This document shows positions 22,809 through 34,495 of a stretch of 64,000 nt of DNA, piece by piece. The DNA is from Anthoceros angustus. Lineage: Eukaryota; Plantae; Anthocerotophyta. The position numbers were made by a program, and so were the translations under genes. The stretch spans positions 310,001 through 374,000 of the forward strand of contig MU008172.1 of NCBI GenBank assembly GCA_010909165.1. Direction: 5' to 3'. Under the pieces are notes generated by a model. It had not been told where the DNA came from. It saw only the letters and a program-made list of their open reading frames with translations, and did no database searches. Within the stretch, counting starts at the first letter, position 1, and every line of letters begins with the position of its first letter.

Positions 22809-25800
22809 ATGGCTGTTTGGAGTGTGTTAGCAGGTACTCCAGTGGGAGCTCTCGCTCACCTAAACAGCCAGACAGCCTGGTTCTCCATCTTTACGAAAAC
22901 GCCAGCTCGCCCAGGAGGATGCCTGGCTTGCGACGGTTTCTCCAGCGAGGGCCCTCCAAAGACCCTCTTGTTGCGACAATTTTCACGGGTTCCTACAAAT
23001 GGGTGGGATATGAGGCAAGACAAAGAACTTCTATGGATGCACAGCCTGTTGCCGTGGATGTGCAGATGGGACCCTGTGCCTCAAACTCCGATGGGAGCTT
23101 GCCAGAGCATTTCAATGCTCGCAGCCGTACAGGATACTATATGGGTGTAACGTCAGAGACAGTGAGCAAATTATGTCATTATGGCAATCTCACTGAGGCT
23201 GTTGAGGCTTTGGGAGTTTTAGTGCAAACAGACTGTTGTGTTCCCAGATCTCTGTTTTATACTGTGCTGAAGAAGTGTGTGATAAACAAGGATCTTGTTC
23301 TAGGCCTCCGAGTCCATGCTTTCACGGTGAAACAGGGGTATCAGTCGGACACGTTCTTGTGCAACCACGTCCTGCGAATGTACGCTTCTCATGGCAAGTT
23401 GCAAGACGCGATGGATGTGTTCTCGGGGGTTGCCAAACCAGATGCTTTCATGTGGTCGTCCCTGATAGCTGCGCATGTCAAACACGGGCAAGTCGAGCAG
23501 GCCTTACAGCTGTATCAGCAGATGCGCAGGTCCAGCGTGAAGCCAGATGGCCATGTGTTTGTGGCAGCCCTTCAGGCTTGTGCCAGAGGATCAGACTTGG
23601 AAAGTGGACAGCAGGTGCATGCTGATGTATTGGCTAGTGACGTCCGTTTAGATTTTTTCGTTTCCAGTTGCTTGGTGGACATGTATGCAAAGTGTGGGAG
23701 CTTGGAAGCTGCGCAACGAGTGTTCGATGAACTTGTTCAGAAAGATGTTGTGACTTGGACTGCTCTCCTTGCAGGGTATTCCCAGCAAGGCATGGGCCAA
23801 GAAGCTCTTCGTCTCTTCAGTGTCATGCAAGAAGAAGGCATTGCAGTACCAAATTCCGTAACATTCGTCTGCCTCCTGCAGGCATGTGCAAGTGTGGGCA
23901 ACCCAGCTTTGGAGACAGGAAAGCAGCTCCATTCACAAATTAGAAAAGGAGGACACGAAGCTGATGCCTTTGTAGCAAGCAGTTTGGTAAACATGTATGC
24001 AAAGTGTGGCAGCATGGAGGATGCTCAGAGAATGTTTGACGGAATCGGTCAAAAAGATGTGGTCACGTGGAATGCCATGATAGCAGGGTATTCTCATCAG
24101 AGCAGGGGTCGGGAAGCCCTTCGTCTCTACACTGTTATGCAAGAAGAAGGCATTGCTACACCTGATTCCACAACATTTGTGTGCCTCCTGCAGGCATGTG
24201 CAAGTGTTGGGCCATCAGCTTTGGACATAGGAAAGCAACTCCATACACAAATCAGAGAACAAGGACATCAGGAAGATGTCTTCATAGGCAGCAGTTTGGT
24301 GAACATGTATGCGAAGTGTGGCAGTTTGGAAGATACTCAGAAAGTGTTTGGCGGACTCGGTCATAAAGACGTGGTGACGTGGACTGCTATGATAGCTCGG
24401 TATTCCCAGCAAGGTATGGGACAAGAAGCCCTTTGTCTCTACAGTGCTATGGAAGAGGAAGGGATGTCTATACCAGATTCTGTGACATTCGTGTGCCTCC
24501 TGCAGGCATGTGCAAGTGTTGGCACGGCAGCCTTGGAGAAGGGGAAGCATCTTCATGCACATATTGCAGGACGAGGACTCCAAGCCGATGTATTTGTAGC
24601 CAACAGTTTGGTCAACATGTATGCAAAGTGTGGGGCACTGGAAGACGCTCAAAGAGTGTTTGATGGACTTGGTCAAAAAGATGTCGTTACGTGGACTGCT
24701 CTAATTGCAGGGTATTCCCAGCAGGGAATAGGCCAGAAGGCTCTTGATCTCTACAGCATAATGCAAGATGAAGGCATTACTGTACCCGATTCTGTGACAT
24801 TTGTGTGCCTTCTGCAGGCATGTGCAAATGTTGGCACTCCAGCTTTGGAGATAGGAAAGCAGCTTCATGCTCAAATTAAAGAGCAAGGGCATCAAGTTGA
24901 TGTCTTTGTTGCCAACAGTTTGGTTAACATGTACGCAAAGTGCGGGAGCCTAGAGGATGCTGAGAAATTGTTTGACAGACTTGGTCAAAAGAATGTCGTG
25001 ACGTGGAATGCCATGATAGCAGGGTATTCCCAGCAGGGCATGGGCCACAAGACCCTTCGCCTGTACAGTGCTATGAAAGCAGATGGCATCTGTACACCCG
25101 ACTCCGTGACATTTGTTTGCCTCCTGCAGGCATGTGCTAACGTAGCAGCTTTGCATGTGGGAAGGGAGCTACATGCACAGATTGAAGAGCAGGGGCTCCA
25201 GGCTGATGTGTGTGTAGCTGGCAGTTTGATAAACATGTATGGAAAGTCTGGGAGCATGGTTTATGCACAGCAGGTGTTTGATGCATTACCTGCACGCGAC
25301 GTTGTTGCCTGGAGTGCATTGATTGCAGGCTACGCCTGTCAAGGACACATTGAAGTGGTCTTCGGCTTGGTCCAGAGAATGAGAGAGGATGGCATACAGC
25401 CAGTTGGCATCACATTCCTTAGTGTACTAACCGTGTGCAGTCATGCTGGTCTAGTAGACAAGGGGAGAGAGTATTTCGAGGATATGAGCAGATGCTTTGG
25501 CATCACCCCTACAGTGGAGCACTATTCGTGCATGGTGGACCTCCTGGGCCGTGCAGGCGAACTGGATGAGGCACTAGCTTTGGTAAGGGCAATGCCCATA
25601 CTGCCTAATGCTGCGGTTTGGCACACTTTGTTGAATGCCTGTCGGAAATGGAGCAATGTGGAGGTGGGACTCCATGCTTTCAATGAAGCAGTAAAGCTAG
25701 ACAAGAAAGATGCCGCTTCATATGTGTTGATGTCGAGCATATACACGGGTGCTCAAATGTGGGAGCAGGCACAGAAAATGCAAGCGAGGAGGCGAAGTAT

Positions 25801-26053
25801 CAAAGCATGGAAGGAGCCGGGACAGACCTGGTGGACGGATAAGGACGGCCTAGTGCATAGCTTTTTGGTTGGTTATAAAAAGCTTCCCGACAGTCAAGCA
25901 AGGCTGAGAAAGGTCTTTCGCAAAATGAAGAACGAGGACATTCCACGTCTGAAATCTTCTGTCTCTAGGTCCGCCCTTTGCCCAACCATGGTCAAAGAAG
26001 CGCATCCCGGTGACTGGCTGGTGCCTCTGGCATCCATAGGTTCCACAGCCTGA
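22809..26053 (+). CDS. PLS-class PPR protein (RNA-editing-factor type): L-S-P-L-S-(P-L-S)x5-P2-L2-S2-E1-E2-WW PG-box, no DYW deaminase; apparent 1-nt frameshift at ~23073-23077
   Basis: The 1087-aa frame has canonical motifs (DVVTWTAMIAGYSQQG; SLVNMYAKCGSLEDA; TFLSVLTVCSHAGLVDKG; HYSCMVDLLGRAG; PGQTWWTD). The start MAVWSV (22809) is inferred from the paralog at 41833. Confidence 0.93.
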
Positions 26054-28191
26054 GCCATTGTTGTCCTAAGTTACAATCCTCCCTTCAAGAAATGGTTTCT
26101 TGTGTAATCTCCACATAGTCAGTTGTTGGGCGTAAAATTTGGTGGGTGATTTGTGAATGTCGATTCGTGGGTCATTTCGTGGAGTCAACGTGATTCGTCG
26201 GTCGATTGCTACTTACAAGTTTTTTTTTTCTCTCTCTGGGCCCTTTACTTTCAATCTTTATCACTCCACTGCCTGATTTCGGTTGTGTCGCCTGATCCAG
26301 GTCCTCCAATGATCTGTCGGTTGCAAGCGGGCTTGCAGGTGTAGTTACCCGGAGTGGCGGCTACGGATAGTGTCCGATGCGCTGCCAGAATTGCGATGAT
26401 GCATTTTGCGGCTTTGCGGCTCCCCAGCACGGGTGAGCACACATGTGAGTAAGTGGCAGTGGCTGTTGATGTTGTATATCGGTTATGAAACTGTTGGCTG
26501 TTGGCTGGGCTTGATATCATCCAACAGTCTCGCAAAGTCTGGGAGTTGCTGTTGTTGCACAGTACTGGTTCCGAGGAAGTCAAACGGTTTCGACTGGCAG
26601 CTGAGATCTGTTGTGCTGCCATCTCTGTTGCCGATTCCCAGCCCCCCACCTAATTTGCGGATCAGCAATACCACTCTTGTGGGTTGCGGATGATCGGCTT
26701 GCAACATTATGTACGCAGCTTTTCCAATAGCGAAAAGCGGTGCACGGATTTTGACTTGCCTTCGGAGTCATGTGAAAAACCGGGCACACACCCAGGCAGG
26801 CAGAAAAGGGCTGACCGGCAGAGAAACTGTGAAAGAGCGAACCGTATAGCACGCGGGGCGCTTGCTCTACTACCCACTCGTCCGTTGCAGCAGCTGGGCA
26901 TCCACACACAGTACATGTGCCCTACCCCCGCCCCGTGCGGAGCCCATATCTTGCTTTCCAGATGCAGAGCTTGCTTGCCTCGCGTTCGGGGGCTTTTAGT
27001 TGCACATGGCGTGTAAAGGGCGGGCCTGCTGCCTGCAGAAAGGGGTTGCCAGGCAGTAGCTGTAGCTACGAGGAAGGAAGGAGGGTTGGCATCGGCAATG
27101 ATTTGTGCCATGGCAATGGGGCATCTTATCATGCCCAGAGCAAACAATCCACTCGGGGCCACGACCTGTTTCGTTTGGTGGGGAAACAGGGCGGGCAGGC
27201 CCAGGGGTAGAGGGATAGAACCGTTATGTGTGGCGTGCCGCCTGCCGAGCTGGCCCTGTTATCCCTTCTTATTGCTGCCCAGCCCCTTCCCGTTTCCAGA
27301 AGCATCCACCAGTGGCCGGGCACAGCACATGCCCCCTTTTTGTGACTGGACGGTCACAACCACCTGATCATTTGGTCCTTTCCTTGCAACTGTCTCGTCC
27401 ACCAAAATACCCTCTCCTTTTGTTGGCAACCTTTTCAACCTTTTCAGCTTGGAATGTACAGGTATGCATCACAAGTAAATTTCAAATGTATAATACAGTA
27501 GAAATCTGAGCCACGGCAGAGGATGTTGATGTTTTAAGCTTCTACGATATCGAGGCCTCTTAAATCAATGGATCACAAAACAAAATATTTTACATATCTT
27601 ACTTTACTTTGTCCATCTACATGCCTTAAAGGGTTTGCTCCCGGAATCTGGCATGCTCCTAAACGGTGGGGACCGACCCTGATAGGCTTTTAAATTCAGC
27701 TATATAGATTCTTGAATTGTGATTCATATTTATTTATATTTAGGTTGTGGCTCTCTTGTCCAAGGAAAATGTGTCTCAAGTTTCTTGTAGTTACCATTGT
27801 TTTGATTGTGAGCAGTGCAATTAGCACGAGTGGCACGGATTGGGGTTTGCATGCTATTTTGTCATTTTGCTTTCCCTAACAAGCATCCACTCATCTGGCA
27901 AGAACAATGAGGTGACCTTGGCAAACCTTGGAAGATGTAAAGTGAAAAGTAAGATCATTCTAAGCCCGTTGCATGTTGCATGAAGTCGGGTTTGCAAGTG
28001 GTTTCACCATTGCCAGCGTTGAGGAAGCGGCTGTGCGAACGGCCCTTGAGAGAGTGCCTCCGCGAGTGAGTGGTTTGCTTGCTGGTACCAGTCTTCCTTG
28101 GAATCTGCAAGTGTCTCGCTTGGAAACCGTCAACTTCCCGAAACTTCTTTGTCTCAAACACTTTTTTATAATGAACACGAACTTGATACAT

Positions 28192-28262
28192 AAGGGGCAC
28201 GCATTCAGCTTCACCTTACAAGGGGCACGCATACAGCTTCACCCAATAAGGGGCACGCATAC
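28192..28262. repeat. 28-bp-period repeat x~2.5 (aaggggcacgcat core)
   Basis: Core at 28192, 28220 and 28248. Confidence 0.8.
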
Positions 28263-29121
28263 TTGGTATACTTGCTATGAATGCATAAACGAGTGTAGGA
28301 TATTTCTTCATCTATTGGTATTTGGGTACTTCATCTTTCCTTTTTTTTGATATCATAGGTACTTTAACAATTCTAGGTTCCATAGAGCACGACTGTTTAC
28401 GGTATTTTAACCTGCATGTTCTTCTTTCACTGCATGTTCTTCTTTCACTACTGATATCATTAGCACAGTAGGTCCCACAAAACATGAACCTTTTAGCGCT
28501 AGAATTTCACAAAAAAAAAAAAAAACATAAACTTCTTACATGCGTCTTGTCTTTCGTGTGCAATATCTTGACAAGAATTTTAAGTTGGTTAGAGCATAAC
28601 ATTGTGGCCTCATTGTTCTAGAAAATACTAGATAAAATTATTACATCTACTCGTATACAATAAAATATGCTTTTACTTAATAATTTTGATTTCTTCAATA
28701 AATGACTAAGGTGCAATAAGAATGCCAATCGTGATGGCACTGTTGTTGAGGACGACTTCTAATGCCTTTAGCAAAACACTTGTAATGTATGATCAAAAGT
28801 TTACTACAAAATTTGAAATAGAGAGGTATATTACATTGGTAGATACACAACACAATGAAGCACACTTTGTAGCATTTTCTGTCGTTGGTTGAATTCTTAC
28901 ACTCTTTTGTCTGGACTTTTCAGTATCTCTCAAAATTCTGATCAGCCTTTTGCAACTTTTGACCATGTGGCAAGTTCACTTTCCAAAGAGTCCTCTTTCT
29001 CCTCCAAATAGCTCAACATCTTCTTCCCTTCTTCAGGACTTTCCAACGCAACTTTCACCTAATGTTTCTCCCAAAACAGATTTCCCTCGTCGGCTTCTTC
29101 TTATCGACTTTCAAACACACA

Positions 29122-30900
29122 TCCACACAAAACTTCTGACGCTTTCTATAATTCCTTTGAAACCTCAAGAAGGTCCTTATGAATAGCTTCAAGAAAGCTG
29201 GCAAGGTTTAAATCCATAGGCCAAAATTGTACCTTGCTCTCGGGGCTGCACACTCCCCCTTCGATTGTACAATGCATGATCACTCCCGCCACCACCTTCA
29301 GAGAAAGTGAAGTCCCCACCTAGGCCTTCGTAGCATGTAACTCCTTCTCTTTAACATAATTTGTTTTGTAAAGAAGACTTTTACCTTGGCCTCTAGAGTA
29401 TGAAAGTATGTACGTTAGTGCATGCTCTCTCTCTATTACGGTTATCTTCTGCTGCCCTTTTACCATTCCTATTGATATCACTCAAGTTTCTTTTTCTCTG
29501 CACTCGATTGTCATTCCCCACTTACGTTTTCTTCTTAGCTTTTTCAGCTCCGTGCACTAATTCGTCTACTCGCAGGACCAATCAATTTAGATGTCATTCA
29601 ACTTTTCTCAAAAGCCTTAGTGTGGTCATCCTTGGAATGTATCTCTTCCCTTTTATATGACGCTTACGATACAAAGGATAACACAAGTTATGAATGTTAT
29701 TTCACTCTAGCGTACACAAAATCTCATTACTTGATGAGCTCAATCGTCAATTGATAAACCGTGGTTCATAGAGTTTTTTTTTTCTCTTTACAAGATTCTA
29801 ACTTTAGACCCACATAAATGAAACCTAAACGGGAAGCCTTGAAAATTAAACATTACACAGCAAAGAAAGAAGCATCGCATCGAAAGTGTCCTTACCAACT
29901 TCTAGCTATTTTCGCGTAGTAGCTGAGGTACTTCATCACATGAAGCCAACACGGCCTAAACCGATCGGCTCAAGAACCGAGGAAAAGTAAGATGCACGTA
30001 ATCTCGTGTGAGGTCCACACAAAACTTCCGACGCTTTCTATAATTCCTTTGAAACCTCAAGAAGGTCCTTATGAATAGCTTCAAGAAAGGCAAGGTTTAA
30101 ATCCATAGGCCAAAATTGTACCTTGCTCCTGGCCGACACTCCCCTTGATTGTACAATGCATGATCACTCCCGCCACCACCTTCAGAGAAAGTGAAGTCCC
30201 CACCTAGGCCTTCGTAGCATGTAACTCCTTCTCTTTAACATAATTTGTTTTGTAAAGAAGACTTTTACCTTGGCCTCTAGAGTATGAAAGTATGTACGTT
30301 AGTGCATGCTCTCTCTCTATTACGGTTATCTTCTGCTGCCCTTTTACCATTCCTATTGATATCACTCAAGTTTCTTTTTCTCTGCACTCGATTGTCATTC
30401 CCCACTTACGTTTTCTTCTTAGCTTTTTCACTCCGTGCACTAATTCGCTCTACTCGGGACCAATCAATTTAGATGTCATTCAACTTTTCTCAAAAGCCTT
30501 AGTGTGGTCATCCTTGGAATGTATCTCTTCCCTTTTATATGACGCTTACGATACAAAGGATAACACAAGTTATGAATGTTATTTCACTCTAGCGTACACA
30601 AAATCTCATTACTTGATGAGCTCAATCCGTCCAATTGATAAACCGTGGTTCATAGAGTTTTTTTTTTCTCTTTACAAGATTCTAACTTTAGACCCACATA
30701 AATGAAACCTAAACGGGAAGCCTTGAAAATTAAACATTACACAGCAAAGAAAGAAGCATCGCATCGAAAGTGTCCTTACCAACTTCTAGCTATTTTCGCG
30801 TAGTAGCTGAGGTACTTCATCACATGAAGCCAACACGGCCTAAACCGATCGGCTCAAGAACCGAGGAAAAGTAAGATGCACGTAATCTCGTGTGAGGTCC
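29122..30900. repeat. Tandem duplication of a ~0.89-kb unit (29122-30013, 30014-30897)
   Basis: tccacacaaaactt at 29122 and 30014. Both units end in gtgtgagg followed by tcc. The copies differ by small indels. Confidence 0.93.
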
Positions 30901-31180
30901 CTGCACAAGATTACTCCTTTGTAACAATAACAGTAACAGAGTTAGTAATAGTGCTTGATTTTACATTATGGACTCTTACATGCACAATCATTAACAAATT
31001 GTAATCATTTGCTAATCTGATTAACTTCCAAGTTCTTCCGTCGTCCAGCAATTTTTGCTGGCATATGATAAGTTTACGCAGAATCTTGTCTAGTTACTTG
31101 CAACTCTAACTTCTTCTCAGAAAAAAACCTTATGCAATAGTCCAATTATTACATACTTTCAGCATTACACAACCATGCAT

Positions 31181-31411
31181 GTGGTTTTTAAAAGTACTGC
31201 TAGAGCATTTCTTGTGGTTCTTAGAAGTACTGCTAGAACATTTCCTGTGGTTCTTAGAAGTACTACTAAAGCATTTCATGTGGTTCTTAGAAGTACTGCT
31301 AGAGCATTTCCAGTGGTTCTTAGAAGTTTTGCTAGAACATTTCCTGTGGTTCTTAGAGGTACTGCTAGAGCATTTCTTCTGTTTCTTAGAAGTACTGCTA
31401 GAGCTTTCCTA
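31181..31411. repeat. 33-bp minisatellite x7 (gtggttcttagaagtactgctagagcatttcct)
   Basis: Units every 33 bp from 31181 to 31379, with no unique spacers. Confidence 0.95.
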
Positions 31412-32164
31412 GAGCATCTTTGCTTTTAGAAAGTTATGTTCAACATCTCTATGGGTGACAAGGATATGAGACCTGATAATAGTCATATCATGAGCTTGCA
31501 GCAGTTTTACTTATGTACTTTCATGGACCTTGAACCAAGTCCGAGAGTACAAAAGACGTTTATGATTTAGCTTCTTAGGCTTTTGGAATAAGATCATACA
31601 ATAATTCTTTGAAGAAAATATTGTTTTCGGTACGCTTCGGACATTTGCTTCGCTTCCTTGTCAATTAAGTTTAATCTTAAGTATCAGGATACGTCTTTAC
31701 ATATCAAGGACCATGTCTGGGCGAAGTATCCGATCTAGAAGATCACTTAGAGGATTCGCTTGGATGGAAAAAAGAGTGGGCAGCAGGCCTAAAGATGAAA
31801 TGTCCTCAAGTCAGCTAAGGGACAAAAGCATTCTTGCCCCCTCAACCTTTTGTAGTCCTACAATAGCCCAACTTCACACTCAACATGCAAAAGTCGAAAA
31901 AAGAACTCAAACAAGCCCACATCTCCTCAAAAAGTTGCCCAAGCCCAAAGTCCCCAACATAAACCTCACCCTACAATTGCTATCTCTCCCCCAAGCTTGC
32001 CACGGCCTACACTTAAGGCATCACATGGCTCAAATCCCACCCATCACATGGCTCGAATCCCACCTTAAACCGAAGTCCTGAAGAGAGGAAGGAGAAGTTT
32101 AGTTATCCGGAAGACATTATGCATTCAATTTGAATGTCGTTCAATTTTCCATCAAAAGCCCTGA

Positions 32165-32305
32165 CGTCATCTTTCTCGAAATGTACTTCTTACCTTCTCA
32201 AAAAAACATTTACGATACACATGATAACACAAGACATCAAGGTTATTCCACTCTAGTGTGGTCAAAATCTCATTATTGAATAAGCTCAATCCATCCAATC
32301 GATGA
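32165..32305 (+). repeat. Diverged third copy of an internal segment of the 29.1-30.9 kb unit
   Basis: ttacgataca..gataacacaag..gttatt.cactctag..caaaatctcatta..gctcaatcc.tccaat also occurs at ~29625-29755 and ~30510-30640. Confidence 0.7.
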
Positions 32306-34495
32306 AAATGAACCTACTACTTAAGGATGACCTACAACTTGTAGTTTGAGTTATCTTTGCTTTACCGTTATTATCGTACATTACTTTCTACTAGATATGA
32401 TGGAAAGAGCCTACCGAGAAGAAGAAGAAAAGACCTTACAACAATAGCACAATGCATTACCACACAAGGGTACGGATGTTGGGTTGTGGTGAGAAACTTT
32501 ATTCATTGAAATATTCAAAATCTCCACCTCTCCACCTGGCATACTCAAGCAATAAGTACTCATATACGAGCATGTACATTGCATTGTCTTATCTAACTAC
32601 TCAAAAAAAGTAAGTGCCCCTGCCTCCCCACATATTCTCCTACCAGACGTTTCATATTGTTGAGAAGTAGAGTCCGTGTGATATGGAAAGTTGACAAACT
32701 ATGTATTTGGGCTTCCCAGGTGAAGTACGCACATCGCAGCATCGACAATAAATCCTTGTCAACAATAGTCCGAAGCTTCGGGAGCAATGCCGCTATTTTT
32801 GTAGTCTTTTGTAACACCATAAGACAAATTTGAAGTCAAGAGAAAGCGAGATACCACGGTAAAGCCAAGACGTATAATTTGGAACCATACGCACGCAACA
32901 GGTTCCAACGGGGCAGTGCGCGGTGCAGACTGCAGAGCAGCAGCAATGAAGGAGGGCGTGGCCCCGGGCCCGGCCCTGGCGGCCTGGCCCTGGCCGCTGG
33001 CTGCTGGCCGCTGGCCGCTGGCCGCTGGCCCGGCGGTGCGCTGCCAATCGCCAAAGGAGTTGGTCGCCATGCGCGTGGCAACGCCTAAAAGGCTAGCACC
33101 AGACGCAGGTAATCGCAGGAAATCTGGCAGGGACGGGCGGGCACCGCAGTCGAGGAAAGGGCAAGGCGCCAGCCCAGTGGGCCGATCCCTCCTCCTCCTC
33201 CCCCCCATCCCCATCCCCATTCAATGGCCGCGGAATCCACATTTATGACCTGCCGTGTTACCATATGCCAAAAGCCTTATCGTTACTAGATGGGCCTCCT
33301 CTTCGAGCATGCGGGTCGGCTCCCCATGAATGTCGTGCTGCAGTGCCCGGTCTTTGAGAGCAGGGACGCCCATTTTGGGGTTTTGGATCAGTTCAAAATT
33401 CCCCGAATTCAAAACTAGAATTTCCGCCTTCAAACTTCGAATTTGGGCTTGGGCACACTTGAGCGAGCAGCATGGAATCGCGAATCGATTCATCCCGGCG
33501 TCGTGTGAGGGGACGGGGCGGCACGATGAGCCAGGTCCTCCTTTTCCTCCCTTTCAATTTCGAGTGTGCGTTGTGTTTGGGAAGAAGCACCGGGGTCTTA
33601 CGGAGACTGGAGTCCGGGCCCCGCTGTGATTCCGTTTTGCCGCGTACCGCGGAAGGGCCCGCCGCGCGGAACGGAACGGAACGGGGAATGGGGAATGGGG
33701 AACGGGGCCCGGGGCATGCCCGTGCCGTTAGACATACATTAATGGCGGTTGAAGGACGAGGAAAGCCCCGGCCTCGGCCTCGGCCCCGGCCCCGGGACCC
33801 GGGAGTCCGGGACCCGGCCCCGTTCTGGCAGTAGCCCCGGCCCGGCCCGGTCCGGTCCGGCCCGGCCCGGCCCGGGCTTCCTTGCTTTTTGTGCCATCCC
33901 GGCCCACATTGCCCACGTCCGCTTCCCAGGTCCCGACTGCTGCGTGCTCCACGTCCTTCCGGCGGGCCGGCGGGCCTGTTCCTGTTCCTGTTCCTGCTCC
34001 TCTTGTTGTGCAACGCTGGCCTCGCCTGGCTGATGATCACATGAAGCTTCTCGGCTGTCGTCGCCGCAGCCGCTGTTGCCGTTGCAGTTGCCTCTCCCTT
34101 GCCACTTCCACTTGCGCTGCCGGTGCCATTTCCGTTTCCATCTCCATCGCCATCGCCAGGCTGCTCCTGCGGCGAGTTGCATGAGCCTCCGCGTTGCGCG
34201 CCGTGGCCCGAGCTGTGTTTGTGTTGGGGTGCGCAATTCCGGCATGGAAGCTCCCTGGGAGCTGACGTGACCGGGTGACCCGCCAGCTGTGGCAGGCCTG
34301 GGAGGTTGGGAGCAGCAGCACCCACGGCGGGGCTGGGATTCTTCTTGTTCCTCCACCGTCTTGGGCGGAAGGAGAGCACGGAAAGGGAGGGAAAGGAAGC
34401 AAAGGAAGGAGAGAGGAGAGGAGCAGCAAATGTGTGGGACGGGGTGGGCGGGGATCGGAGGTAGCAGGAAGAGGGGTGGTGGGTAGTAGGCGGGG

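Noticed and set aside
26300-26600. Cys-rich frames (RCQNCDD, GSCCCC) as a detached DYW exon for PPR1
   Set aside because: No HxE or correctly spaced CxxC/DYW motifs, and no convincing splice path.
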